From the human T2T-CHM13v2.0 reference genome, Homo sapiens, in assembly GCF_009914755.1 (NCBI RefSeq), contig NC_060940.1: a stretch of DNA of 64,000 nt; one strand, written 5' to 3'. Positions 11,511-24,874 of this stretch are shown here, piece by piece. The first letter of the stretch is position 1, and every line of letters starts with the position of its first letter. Below the pieces are notes generated by a model that saw nothing but the letters and a program-made list of their open reading frames with translations, had not been told where the DNA came from and ran no database searches. A program made the position numbers and the translations under genes.

Positions 11511-14500
11511 GGGAGAGTGATGTCAGCAAGATAGCAGAATAAAAGTTCTCTGGCTCTAGTCTTCCTCACAGAAGTCCACCTAGCAACTATCCACAGATAA
11601 GAATATCCTCATGGATGTATCAGAACTTGAGAGTGGACCACGGAACTGAGAAAAGCTGCATTTGAAGAGTAAGAGAAACAGTTTCACTTGGCTTGTGTTG
11701 TCCTTTCCTCCAAGCTGGCATAGCATCACACAAAGATGATTCCCCTTGGCCCACGACTTCAACAGTGGAGAAAGAGAGTCAGAGACAGCCATTTACCTTC
11801 CCCACCATTCTGGAATCCTCTGCAAGAAACCTATTTCTGTCCTGTCTCATGGGGAACATTAAGGGTATTGGTAGTGCTAGACTACCTGGGGTCAGTTAGA
11901 AACAAAGAGCAGGGGTGGAGCTCAAAGTGACCAGAGAATGGATGTTGGTAGTAGCTCTGCATTCTGGCCAACAGAGGAATCTCACCAGAGAAACAACACA
12001 ATCCCACCAGGAAATCCCACCTGGCCAACAACATTGATCTGCAGAAAGCACAGTAGACAGGTCTGCCAGGCTCAGGTGCCTAGCTGGCTTCCTCATCCAT
12101 TTCTGGTGCTCTGATTGAGTATTTCTCAGGCAGAGAGGCAAGCACAGGTCTAAATATCTGTGAACAGAGATATCTGGCCCTACCCAAACTCAGTACGGAG
12201 TGCTGACCTCATCAGGCCTTGGAGCTCTGCCTTAGACTTTCCCAGTCTGGGAGACAAGCCTATGTCCATGCATATCTGTAGCAACTCTGGCTCTAACTAT
12301 CATGAGTGGCTAAGCAGCAACTTCAAAGACTTTGCCTAATGTAGAAGCCCAGCAAACTACAGATTTCAAAAAGCAGCACTGCCTAGCCAAGGAAGTTGTC
12401 CCGCAACCCTGCCCAATCATAGGTAATTACAGAACCCAGCCAGTATCTCTGCCTGACTATGGAGTCCAGCCAGTGGTCCCTCCAGACCATGGAGCACAGC
12501 CAGAAATTCCACGTGACCTCAGAGCACAGGCTGTAGCCCAGTACAACTGGAAAACCCAACAGCAAGGTTTGCCTTGTTACTAGCTGATCCATCCAGATTT
12601 CCAGGCTAGACTAAATATTGAAACTATATCACCACCAAAGAACAATAGCAAAGGCCCGAAAAGGTGGCCATTTCTTCAGATGCACAGACATAGTGTTAGG
12701 ACATAAAGATTATGAAGAATCAGGGAAATATGACACCAATAAAATACACTAATAAACCTCCCATAATGGACCCTTAGGAAATGGAGAACTATGAAAAGAC
12801 CGACAAAAAATTCAGAATAATCCTTTTAAAGGAATTCAGGAAAGTATAAAAATATATAAATAGAAAACTAAATAAAATTTGGAAAATAATTCATAAAAAT
12901 GAGAAGTTTGACATAGAAACAATGAAAACATCCAAATAGAAATTCTACGTATAAAGAATACAAAAACTAAACTGAAAACAATGTAACAAAAAGCTTCAAC
13001 AGCAGTCTTGATCAAGCAGTGTGAATTATCAATGAGCTTAAATAAAAGATATTTGAAATTATCTAGTAAGAAGAACAAAAATAAAAAAGAATAAGTATAA
13101 GAAAGCATCAAGAGACGTAATCTTAGCTTAATAAAAGTTCCAGAGAGAATGGTGTGAACCCAGGAGGTAGAGCCTGCAGTGAGCCGAAATTGCGCCACTG
13201 CACTCCATCCAGCCTGGGGACAGAGTGAGACTCTGCCTCAAAAAAAAAAAAAAAAAAAAAAAGAAAAAAAAAGAAAAAAAAAGTTCCAGAGAAATATAGA
13301 GAAAAAGGCTCAGAAAACAAATTTAAAGAAATAATGACTGAAAATTTCTCGAATCTGGGGAAAGACAACAATATCCAGGTACAGAAAGTTCAGAAATCTC
13401 CAGTGAAATTCAACCCAAAGAGGAAGTCACAATGAAATACCATAATCAAATTATCTAAAATCAAAGTCAAATAAAGAATTCAGAAAGCAGTAACAGATAA
13501 GAAACATCATATTCAAAGAAGTCACAATACAGTTTAATCTGCTGATTTATCAGTAGAAATCCTACAGGCTAAGAGAGAATGGGTTGATATAATCAAAGTG
13601 CTGAAGAAAAGCAAAAAAACAAAAACTGGCAACCAAGAATACTTTACCTAAAAAAATCTATCCTTCATAAATAAGGGAGTCATAAACTTCCCCAGACAAA
13701 CAAATGCATAAGTAGTCTATTACCAATAGGCCTTTCTTACAGAAAATGCTACAGGAAAAAATTTAAGCTGAAGCACAAGGCTACTAATTAATAACATAAA
13801 ACATATGAAAGTAATGAAAAAATCTCAATTATATATGTAATACATAGTTATATTCAGAATACTCTAATACCATAATGGTGTTATGTAAAGGGATATTCTT
13901 TCTACCAGGAGATTTAAAAGACAAAACTGTATTTGTCTTTTTATTGTTTCTATTTATATTTAAAAAATTTAGCTACAATAAATTATTAAAAGATACAAAT
14001 TACAAAAAAATATAAATTTTGACAGTATCATAAAAGGTAAGGAAGAGGGACTAGAGGTACAGAGTTTTTGTATGCAATTAGAGTTAAGTTATCAGTTTAA
14101 AATAGCATATTATATGTATAGGGTGATTTATGTTGACCACATGGTAACCACAAATCAAATATGTATAGTAGTGGCACAAAACATAAAAAGAGACTCAAGG
14201 CATCCCATCACGAAAATCACCAAAACACAAAGGAGGACAGTAAGAGAGGGATAAAGAAACAAAAGATTTATGAAGCAACCAGAAAACAAATTAAAAAGTG
14301 GTGGTAGCGATTTCTTACCTATGCATAAATACTTTGAATGTAAATGGATTAAAATTCTCCAATAAAAAGAAATAGAGTGTCTGACTAGATTAAACAGGAA
14401 ACTTCATGTTGCCTATGAGAGACTCACTTTATTCATAAAAGCACATGTAGACTGAAAGTGAAGAGATAGAAAAAGATACTCCACACAAATGGAAATCAAA

Positions 14501-15375
14501 AGAGAACATGAATAGCTACATTCAGACAAAATAGACTAAGTTGAAAACTGTAAACAGAAACAGGGTAATTAAATAATGATAGACATAACAATTATAAATA
14601 TATAGGCACCCTACATCAGAGCACTTAAATATATAAAGCAATTATTAAATGATCTGAAGTGAGAGGTAGATTACAAGACAGTAATAGTAGGGGATCTCAA
14701 TACCCCATTTTCCACAGTGTACAGATCATCAAGTCAGAAAATCCATAAGGAAACATTAGACTTGAATTAAACTTTAGACAAAATGGACCTTACAGATATA
14801 TACAGACATTCCGTCTGAATATACATTATACTCTTGTGCACATGGAACAGTCTCCAGGATGTATCATATATTAGGCCATCAAACAAGTTGTAACAGATTT
14901 TAAAAGATTGAAATCATATCAAGATCTTCTCCAAAAATAATGGCATAAAACTAGAAATAAATGACAGGAGAAATCTTGGAAAATTCACAAATATGTGGAA
15001 ATGAAACAACATGCTCCTTAAAAATGGGCAAGAGAAGAAATCAAAAAGGAAATATAAAAATATCTCAGGGTCAATGAAAATGGAAATACAACCTACCAAA
15101 ACTTATGGTATGCAGCAAAATTAGTCCAAACAGAAAAATGTATAGCAATAAAGGACATCAAAAATATCTCAAATAAACAATCTCAAGGAAGTAGAAAAAG
15201 AAGAAATTAAGCCCAAAGTGAGCAGAAAGATAGACACCAGAAAGACGAGAGAAAAAAATAATTAACAAAACAGAGTGGGTTTTCTTAAAAGATAAATCAA
15301 CAAACTCTATCAGCTATAATAAGCTAGACTAGGAAAAGAGAGAAAACTCAGATAAATAAAATAAAAAATGAGAGA
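11511..15375 (+). mobile_element. Old L1 (L1MA-type): 5'UTR, decayed ORF1 and ORF2 endonuclease region, 3' part missing
   Basis: 5' gggagagtgatgtcagcaagat; ORF2 endonuclease remnants TLNVNGL (~14330), GDLNTP (~14690) and AHGT..HILGH (~14840); many stops and frameshifts. Confidence 0.88.
13147..13280 (+). mobile_element. 5'-truncated AluY-like insertion in L1 ORF1
   Basis: gaatggtgtgaaccc... right arm only; TSD aaaagttccagaga at 13133-13146 and 13279-13292. Confidence 0.9.
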
Positions 15376-15465
15376 GGGAGTTTTTTTTTCTGTTTTGAGG
15401 AATGAGAGAAAAATTGTCAAAAATCATAAAATCCTTAAATACAATTTACTATACAGAATTGCATA

Positions 15466-15823
15466 CAGGTGGAGAATTCCTATTCCCAAAACCCAAAATC
15501 TTAAATTGTCCAATATTCTAAACTTCTTAAAAAGCCAACATGATACCACACTTGGAATATTTCACACCTGACCTTATATGACTTGTCACAGTCCAAACAT
15601 GGTCAAAACTTGGTTTCATGCACGAAATTTAAGAAAATGTATGTATTTACCTCAGGCTATGTGTACACAGTATACATGAAACATAAGTGAATTTTATATT
15701 CAGACTGAGTCTCATTCCCCAGATATCTTATTATAAATATGCAAATAATCCACAAATAAAAACAAAAACAAAATCCAAAACACTTCTGGTTTCCAGCATC
15801 TAGGATAAAAAATACTCAACCTG
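15466..15823 (-). mobile_element. Tigger4b/MER46-type DNA transposon
   Basis: Terminal inverted repeats cagg..gag / actcaacctg with TA on both flanks. Confidence 0.88.
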
Positions 15824-16034
15824 TATTTTCATTCTTTCAATAAGTTCTGTGAAAAGCAATAAGAAAATTTCTATTTAAAAAAAAATATTGTGTGAGTCTA
15901 AAACTCTTCCAAAAATTACTCTTTAATGTGTTTGTCTTTTCCAGTTTATTGTAAGGTGTCTTTGAGCCAAGAGAAAACTTCTCCTTTGCCCCCTGAAGTT
16001 TGTTTCTTTGCAAATCAGCTAACAAAAGTCAAAT

Positions 16035-16575
16035 TGTAACTGGATCCAGGTTGGTTTGCTCACCATTCAAATGTCAAACACAAGAGGTGAGGGCTGGTGT
16101 GAAGGGAAAAGTTGGTTCAATCAGAGAGCTAGCAAACCAAGAAGATGTGGAACTGCATTCTAAAGCATCACTTAAATTTTAAAATTTACCATAGAAATTT
16201 TAAAGGAAAACTTAGTATGGGAGACTTGCAGGAGTGGGGCAGAGGGTGCAGGGTACGTGTGTCTTGTTCTGATGGCTATTTGGGTAATTGCTCATATGGA
16301 GGTCTGGTTGGCATTATCTTCAGCTAGATGGTGGTGGACTAATTGTTCATGATTTTCCCTAAGTCAGAGGATTCTGCAGGGGCTTTGGGCTTTTTGCCTA
16401 ATTTGTTTAAAGATTAGCTTCTGGAATTCCTTAAGCAAGAACATAATTAGATGAGCATGTATGGCTAGAGGGGAGTTTCTAGAGAGGGAAGGAATGAAGG
16501 GGTGAGAGGGAAGGGAAGAAAATAAAAGAAAGTGGGTGATTAAAATATATTTTCAAAACTGAGGTGCTGGTTAAA
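16035..16575 (-). mobile_element. ERV1 solo LTR (subfamily uncertain) nested in the 3' LTR
   Basis: tgtaac...ggttaaa termini; absent from the 5' LTR; degenerate 4-bp TSD aaat/agac. Confidence 0.75.
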
Positions 16576-16797
16576 AGACTAATAGGAAAAACAGCGTACA
16601 AAATATAATAATATGCATATGCATACATGGGAGTAAACGAAACATGAAAATATTAAAGAAAGGGCCAGAGGGTTGAAGTTTCATACCATCCTGAGATTAC
16701 AGAAATAACAGGGGTTTGGAGTACACCAAGACCAGTTATGGGAAGGAGCAGAGGAAAGGCGTGGCTAGCCAAAAGCTTCTTGCTATGCAAATGAAAC

Positions 16798-17283
16798 TGA
16801 TACAGGACAGGCAAGCCCAGAAATTGAGGCTCACCCAGGGGGGTTCTTGGCTTTGCCCAGGAAATAATTCAAGGGCAAGTTGGTGGTGTTAAAAAGTAAC
16901 TTCTACTGAAGCAGCAGTGTACAGCAGAAGCAGAGGTACTGCTCCTTGTGGAACAGAACTACCACATAGGCAGCACGCCCACAGTAGCAGCTCAGAGGCA
17001 GCGCCGTGCTCATAGTTATACCCGCTTTTAATTGTACGCAAATTAAGGGGCAGTTTATGCAGACATTTCTAGGATGAGCGTTGTAACTTCTGGGTTGTCT
17101 GGTTGTTGCCATGGAAAGGGGCAGTAACTTCCGGGTGTTGCCATGGCAATGGTAAAATGACTTGGCACACGGGTGGGAGTGTCTTACAGGAAGGTGCTTC
17201 CACCTGGACCTGTTTTAGCTAGTCCTCAATTTGGTCAGGTGTCCAAGACTCACTTCTGGAGTCTAGTGTGACCTCTTACCTCA
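16798..17283 (-). mobile_element. MER66-type solo LTR
   Basis: tgatacagg...ctgttttagctagtcctcaatttggtc...tacctca; perfect TSD aaac. Confidence 0.85.
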
Positions 17284-17320
17284 AAACCTCCTGAATAGCA
17301 GCTCTTAGAAAGAATGTTTC

Positions 17321-17676
17321 TGCATGAGTTCACGTCCTTTGCAGGGACATAGATGAAGCTGGAAACCATCATCCTCAGCAAACTAACACAGGAACAGAAA
17401 ACCAAACACCACATGTTCTCACTTATAAGTGGGAGTTGAACAATGAGAACTCATGGACACAGGGAGGGGAAATCACACACTGGGGCCTGTCAGGGGGTTG
17501 AGGGCAAGGGGAAGGATAGCATTAGGAGAAATATCTAATGCATGCATGGCTTAAAACCTAGATGACAGGTTGATGGGTGCAGCAAACCACAATGACACAT
17601 GTTTACCTATGTAACAAACCTGCACATTCTGCACATGTATCCCAGAACTTAAAGTATTAAAAAAGAAAAAAAAAAA
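17321..17676 (+). mobile_element. 5'-truncated L1PA 3'UTR
   Basis: Typical L1PA 3' end and polyA; TSD aaagaatgtttc at 17309-17320 and 17677-17688. Confidence 0.93.
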
Positions 17677-19700
17677 AAAGAATGTTTCCGTCAGATCCCT
17701 AAAGGTGTCAGTCAGGCTATCAGTCTTTCTCTCCCAGAAGCCAATCCTTCCTAGATTCTGACAAGGGGAAGGGAAGGAAGAGAAAGCCTTGCTATTTATT
17801 TCCCAATGCAGATTTTCTCTACAGATGCGAATCTCCTCCACAAAGGCAGCTTTGCTTGGGTATTTCTGTCTGCACCCCCTTTGAATAGCCATCTCAAAAT
17901 ATGTCAAAGAAGTATATTTTGGGGTGAGATATTTTTGGTATTATTTAGTCCCTGATTTAAAACTGTATTTTCAGAAAGTTTCATATATTAATGTAGGACT
18001 GGTAAGTATAGAGAGTTTGGGCTTAGAAGTTTCTAAATAAGAGTAGGCAAAATGGGTGGGGGAAGATGGGAACAAGCCGAGAAGGAAATTTAAGTACATT
18101 GCTTTGTGTCTTCTTCAAACAGCCTCAGTCCCGAGAATAGATCAGTTCAGTTAAACGGTTGTGTCCCAGTGCAGAAGATGTCATTGCAGATGGGCCCTCA
18201 AAGCTAGGCCTGTGTATATGAGGCAAGCAAACAGAAATTTAATAAGAGGCATTTCTATGTAAACAGAAAAAAAAAAAGTTTAATGGCTGGAATGGTCTAT
18301 AAACCAGTTTTGCTAGAGTAGCTGAAGTTTCTTCAGTTAGAGAGGGCAGGCAGTGGCAATCTAATAGATTTTTCTGGATTGTAGCTTGAACCAGGTGTTC
18401 CAGTGAACTTTCCGAGCAGTTCATACATCAACAGGTATGAAGGGTGTTTATATATAAACTGCTGTAGTTATTTCTCTTAAAGTTGATATCAAGTTGTCTA
18501 GCTTCACTTTTCAGAGCTTTAGGAAAAAAGCAGTTTTAATTCCTCATTATTTCAAATCAGAATTTTGGGAGGCAAATTAGAAATGTTAGTCTGGAGAGTC
18601 ACAGTCAGATATTAGAACTAAACATTTAGGATTTAGTTTAGACAGCAGGTATTTCATAAAATCTGGAAAAAAAAAGAGCTGGAATTAATAACAGGTGTAC
18701 CATAGGTCTGATTTTTTTTTTCTGTTTTTGGCTGTTGTTGAAACATAATTTTTCTCTCTCCAGTGCTCCATTTCTACCAAGAAGAAATCATAGTATGAAC
18801 AACTTATTTGCAAACTAAACTTTAGCTTTTTAAATACTTGACTATTCACATAAAGTGCAAGAAGAATAGTGATTGGCCACAAAGGGTCTTTTTAAGTTGG
18901 CTTTTTTGGAACTTTTGTATACAAAATTTTGGATTAGACTTGCAAAAATTGAGAATTGGGGGACGAGGCAAAGATTGTGTCTGTAATATTTGTATATATT
19001 GAATGAATTTCTCTATTGTTGACTACAAAAAAAGATAAAGAACCAGCAATGTTTCCAACAATATAAATCATTAAAATAATTTTAGTTCCTCATCAGTTCA
19101 GTCACATGTAATTAATTCTTTTTCTATTTGATGTTAGGTTAGCAATTTTATGAGTCCAGCTTTTTCTTCCAATGGAGTTTTAAAATTTTAACCTAGTTGT
19201 ATTCTTATTCAGTGTTAACCAGTTGAATCATACTCAACTTTGAATATGTTATCAAAATTGTCAGAAACCTGTATTTAAGGGTACTTATTGTAGTCTTTTT
19301 GTGAACCTCCTCAAATATACAACACTTTAGTATTTGCCAAGAGCTTTTAGAAAAATGAAAAGTATCAGAATATAGGAGTTGACTGTGGACAACAATACTT
19401 AAAATGGCCATTGTTAAAGATAAAATTGAAAAAAAGTTTATTTCCTGTGGCCTCCAACAATTGTACACATTAACCATAATTACGATTGATAACATAGGCC
19501 AAGACATATCAAATTTTTAGGAATCTCATACAATTTTGGAACACATATTAATAACATATCCACACAAATATATTTAATAAAGAAAGCATGAGGCACATTC
19601 TCTTTCTCTTTCTTCCTTTTTTTCTGGCAGTTTACTTAAAAGGTGAACAAAATATCTCTTATTAATTCTACATAAAATTCTCATTTAAATGAGAAAAACT

Positions 19701-19835
19701 GCAAGGCCTGGTGGCTCATGCCTGTAATCCCAGCACTTTGGGAGGTTGACATGGGAGGATTGTTTGAGCCCAGGAGTTCGAAACCAGCCTGGACAACAAA
19801 GTGAAACCCCCATCTCTAAAAATAAAGAAATAAGT
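19701..19835 (+). mobile_element. FLAM/AluJ left monomer
   Basis: Single Alu monomer with A-rich tail. Confidence 0.85.
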
Positions 19836-20934
19836 AAGAAAACCAAATTTTACTTTTATATAAGTGTATTATTAATACTAAAGCTAAGTTTATTAAAATC
19901 TTACAAACAGATCCATCCAATCTCAATCATCTTTGAACAAACAAGATAAGATTTCCATAAAACTTTTATAAACACATATTTTTTTTCTTGTTTTGTTTCT
20001 TTCCTCAGGTATTTATATATATTTACTTTTATGTACATGAATCTGTTTTCTTAATTCCTTCAATTTGAAATAACCTTTAAATAACCTCAAAACTTGACAA
20101 AATTACTTTTTCTTCAGAAAAATATCCCCACCTCCCTTACCAAAAACACATCCAATCTCCTTTATACACTCTGCATACAGGACTGTTTTTCTCATGTCTA
20201 GTAGTGTAAAATAAATAGATTCTCACATTTTTAACTCTTAGTAACCCTAATTTCCCATTGAAAACCTAAAAAGGAAGCAATTTTAATGTTTATGTACTAG
20301 ATACTGAGCCCAGGACAGAGGGCAGAGCTGTGTAGACAATGCTTGGAGGATCTGACCCCTCCTAGAATGGCAGGAGGCAGAGCTGGGCCAGACAGAATGG
20401 GGCTATATTGAGCTTGGCTTTGCTCTGCAGCTTGTGGCATGGGTGCTATTGATACACATAAGTCCCCAGGCCTTACCATGGCCACTTGTCTAAGACACCT
20501 TGGAATCTAAAGGCTCACAACCAAAGACATAAGCTCACAGACACATAAAGTAAGTATCAGAAATCTCACAGAAGCATCAGTTTTATGACTTTAAAACATC
20601 TCTTAGAGACAGAATAAATTAGTCCAACTAGTAAACCCAGGCAGAAATGCCTGAAATTCTGAATATATTTCCATTTTATTTTACCAACGATTTTAACACT
20701 AGTTTTATTTACCAAAAATTTCTATGTCATTTGAATTTGAAAAGCATTTGGGCTAGTCATTTGTGAGTACTCGTTCATTTATAAGTCAACTGCATATCAT
20801 GTAAACAATATATAAGACAGGTATGTACACATGTATACATAAAATACATGAAAACATAAAAAAAATTTTCTACTTTGATTTTAAATTTTTCGCTACGAGG
20901 CAGGTGAAACTCACTAGTTTAAAATAACAGTTTG

Positions 20935-21224
20935 GTTCAGGAGAGGTGGCTCATGCCTGTAATCCCAGCACTTTGGGAGGCCAAGGCAGGTGGATCACGA
21001 GGTTAGGAGATTGAGACCATCCTGACCAACATGGTGAAACCCCGTCTCTACTAAAAATACAAAAATTAGCTGGGTGTGATGGTGTGCACCTGTAATCCCA
21101 GCTACTCAGGAGGCTGAGGCAGGAGAATCACTTGAACCAGCAGGCAAAGATTGCAGTGAGCCAAGATCATACCACTGCATTCCAGCCTGGCGAAAGACTA
21201 AGACTCCATCTCAATAATAATACT
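20935..21224 (+). mobile_element. AluS (Sc-like) SINE
   Basis: ggatcacgagg..gagaccatcctg; TSD aataacagtttg/aataacaatttg. Confidence 0.92.
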
Positions 21225-22263
21225 AATAACAATTTGATTAAACTGTGTTTCTATAAATAGAACAAATTAAAACTTATCTGTCCATTGTGGATGAAGACTT
21301 TACTGACATTTAGAGAAAACAGGGTAGCAAATTTTCATCTCAAATCACAGAGAGAGAATTTGAGCATTACCAAGAAGGACTCTGGGTGTGTTAGAGGAAG
21401 ATTAAAAGTGAATTCCAAGGTAACACAAAATCACAGGAATTCATCACAGGGATTTTGTAAGGACATGCATTTTAGTCAAATAGGCAGTTGCCAATTTAAT
21501 CTTCATTTTCCAACTGAACCACTGAGGTTAAGACAGAGCCTGTCAACGAATAGGAGCAACAAAGCATTTTCAGTTTCCGGGATCTAATACTTATGTATGT
21601 GAAAAGAAAGTGCAGCTGGAAGGCAGAGCACCTAAATCCCCAGATATAATAATGTATTTCACTTTTACACTAAATCCCTGGTCCCTTAAAGCTGATGCAA
21701 AAACCCAGGAGGAAAACACTGAGGGGCTGGGCCACACAAGTCTTCCACAGTGTACCTTGCTGCAAGTACATTGCCCTGAAGCTGGTGGGTGACTCAATGC
21801 TAATCAGCCCATTCTGTAATCAACTCATCACTTATGGGAGTATTATCTCTTGATGACAAGTATTCCCATAGCGTCTAATTGTCCAAACTGTGTTTCTTTT
21901 ATCTAAATGCACAAAGAAACAAGTAGCCCCTTGCAGTAATAACCTTTCACTGCAACTGTTGTCAACCACCTCCCAAACTGCAGCCCTTGATAGTGACTTG
22001 CCAGCCATTGCATACCAAAATGTCAAGTGCTATTTTGTCTCACAATACAAACTAACCCCGGTACCATCCGAAACCAAAGAGATCAAAGAACTCAATGCAA
22101 GAGACAGCAAAGCTTTAGACGTGTGAAAAACCTATCCATGAGTATTAGGGCTCCGTGAGGAAGGCGAAAGACTCCCAGAAAAGAGTGTGTGTTGCCTTTT
22201 CCTGTGTTTCTCAAGGGGTCTGAGGGTTGCTAGAAGTCCTCTTAAGATCTCTTCATGTGGTAT

Positions 22264-22830
22264 TGTTACCAGTGGAGGGTCTTGCTTATAAGTCATCCAG
22301 GTTCTTGGGATTTTGAACAAAGAATTGGACAGAATGCACAAACAAAGCAATGAAAGAATGAAGCAACAGAAGCATACATAGATTTATTGAAATGAAAGTA
22401 CACTCCACAGAACGAGAGCAGGCTGAAGCAAAGGGCTCAGGAAGGCTGGTTACAGAATTATCTGGGGTTTAAATATCCTGTAGATGTTTCCGATTGGTTA
22501 TTTGGTTACACCCTATGTAAATGAAGTAGTGGCCCACGATCAGTTTGATTGGTTGAAGAAGGAGACCAATCAGAGGCTGAAGTTTCAAAGTTACACCCCT
22601 ATGCAAATGAAGACTAGGCCTGCAACCAGTCTGATTGGTTGTGAGAGGGGACCAATTGGAGGTACTTTCCATTTTTCATCTGTGGGGCAGAAGGTGGGGG
22701 TAGTGATTGCAAAGGGATCTTTTTGTTATTTGGACATGGAAAGTTGGGGTTTTCCTTTTGATTCAGTTATTGGAAGTCAGTGCAAATTGGCCCTAGGTTC
22801 CCTGCCTCCAGACCCTTTTCTCCTGCCTCA
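22264..22830 (-). mobile_element. MER51-type solo LTR
   Basis: tgttaccagtggagggt...ctcctgcctca; several CCAAT/ATTGG boxes; TSD gtat/atat. Confidence 0.88.
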
Positions 22831-23801
22831 ATATTTAAGGTAGCATACAGGAAAGAAAGATAGAAGTAAATGGGAGAACAAGTCTTATAGAAAACTATTG
22901 TGGAGATTTTAAGTTTTCCCCAAATCCAGTGAAGTTCTAGTTAGCAGGAGTTTCAGGGAAAAAAAAAATCTAGTTCAGTAAGAAGTTGCCATGTGAGAAA
23001 TAGGATTTTAAAGAGATCAGAGAAGAATAGCAGCTTTTAATTAAGCTTATTTTTGTCCAGAGTGCTCTTAAAAATCCTTTCAAATATACCAGTAGCAAAC
23101 TTTATGTCTCTTGAGAGGCTGAGCTTTCACTGGAGCTGAGAATATGGCAGAGGTAGCTGAGGAAGAGATCTCTCTACCTTCCTGGCCAGGGAGAATCCAG
23201 CCTCTTTCACTCATTTGTTTGATTCCCAGGGTGGAGGGAGGTATGTTTCTCTGGGCCAGTAGAGAAAGCAAGATATAAGGAAAACAGAAGTTGCTACCAC
23301 ACTCTAAATATATGCCAAAGGTTTAAATCAAAGGTATACCTAAACAAATGACTCAAAACCAAAACAAATAAGCACATATGAAACTAAACCCAGGAAGTCT
23401 CTCATGGCTTTAACCAAGCTCTCCAAAGAGGGAGCAGAAGCTGCAACCCTCCCAGGATGCAGAACATCCTCAAAGACATCTCAAAGAAAGGACAGGATTG
23501 TTAACTGCAAATGAGGTATACACCACATTTCTGCCCAGCAATATTCTTTAGGATTTCAGCTTCTCAGCTGACTGTCTGCACACAAAGCCTTGACAATCCA
23601 TGTGCTCCAGAGATGGAAGATTAAAAGAAACAGTAGGTAAGACAGGAAATCAAAAGTTGTCCATGGGGATAGAAAAGATATTAATGGTTACCCCAAAAGA
23701 TCAAGAGTCACAAAATATAAATTCAAAATGAATAATTCAGACTCATTTTTGTAAATGTTTCTTTTTTCTTCTTAGTTAAAAGACTTACATTTCTGAGGGT
23801 C

Positions 23802-23875
23802 TGGTTCCCTGACCAGGAACCAAATCCTGGCCCTGATGGTTAAATAGTGGAATCCTAGCCACTGAACTACAGGCT
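23802..23875 (-). pseudogene. Degenerate tRNA-Glu copy with encoded CCA inside the ERV internal region
   Basis: Reverse complement ..gtggctaggatt....ggccaggatttggttcctggtcagggaacca aligns end to end with tRNA-Glu + CCA; anticodon stem broken. Confidence 0.82.
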
Positions 23876-23924
23876 GCAGTGCCTTTTTGAAAATCCCACA
23901 AGGGATCCAACACAGCACTTTGAG

Positions 23925-24433
23925 CGAACTGCCCACTGTGGTGTCAGAGCCCCAACACTGGAAAATGTTTGACTCACAGGTTGGCAAGAAGAATTTATCG
24001 ACAACAGTTAGGTTTGAAAAAGGAAGGTTTTATTAGAAAGAAAGAACGCTGTAGAAGAGTGCAGTGGGATGCCTCAGCAGGAGAGGACTGAGCTACCACA
24101 GTGGATTTTTCCTTAAGGGTATTTATAGACCTTAAAGCAGGCGCTTTAGGGTAATTTGGACTATGTTAGCCATGTAGGTCATGAGAAATGCTTACATTTG
24201 TCCATGTGTTGGTGCCTTAATGTCAGCAAGTGTTGCACAAAGAGTTTCACTATGCATGCATTCTGGAGATGCTTAGAAAGTCTAGTTACCTATACATTTT
24301 AGGGAAAGAAACCTGGAACCAGATGCTTGCTTTAAATCACAGGGAAGTCAAATTATGTCTGAATTCCTCAGATAAGGAGTTTTGCCTCTGGATGGTCTGC
24401 TTGATGGCCACCAGGTGATCTTCACTCTCCTCA
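23925..24433 (-). mobile_element. ERV1 solo LTR (MER83/MER84-like)
   Basis: Reverse start tgaggagagtgaagatcacctggtggccatcaagcag...aaaactccttatctgaggaatt; left boundary uncertain. Confidence 0.7.
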
Positions 24434-24874
24434 TATACAAAGGATTTTAACTTTTTAAAAAAACCGATTCCTGCCTTTCTTTTTAAAAAAATCTTTCCAA
24501 GGAAGTTTTTAAGGCAGTCTATCTCTATCTCTATCTCTATCTATATATCTATATCTAAATCACAGATTTGCACTTTTATAGGTATCAATAAGATAGCTAT
24601 TTAAGATGAGAACTCTCCAAAAAGTTTTCTTTAAAATATAGGTAATTTATTTATTACATAAGTGAACTACTTCATATTCAATTTGTTTCCTGTTAATCCA
24701 AATTGGAAGGGGAAAAAGACAAAGATTCTTACTGCCCTCATTCAACCTAGGCTCTATAAATGGAAGTCTAGGATGACTAATTTGATAGAATAATTCTCAC
24801 TATTTTTTGTAAACGTTTCCTCCGTTGTTCCAAGATTCCATCTGTAGGCTCTGAAACAAACATTGGGATTTGTT

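Larger units (their letters stand above)
15959..17947 (-). mobile_element. Provirus 3' LTR, split by three insertions
   Basis: Pieces align colinearly with 24897-25482 (aaaacttctcctttgccc; gccaatccttcctaga; catctcaaaatatgtca). Confidence 0.88.

Noticed and set aside
23802-23875. Functional or ochre-suppressor tRNA (anticodon position reads TTA)
   Set aside because: Anticodon stem does not pair and the T-loop is mutated; it is a decayed relic
17948-24874. Possible intact gag/pol/env (e.g. a HEMO-like MER34 env)
   Set aside because: No ORF above ~120 aa and no retroviral protein motif recognised
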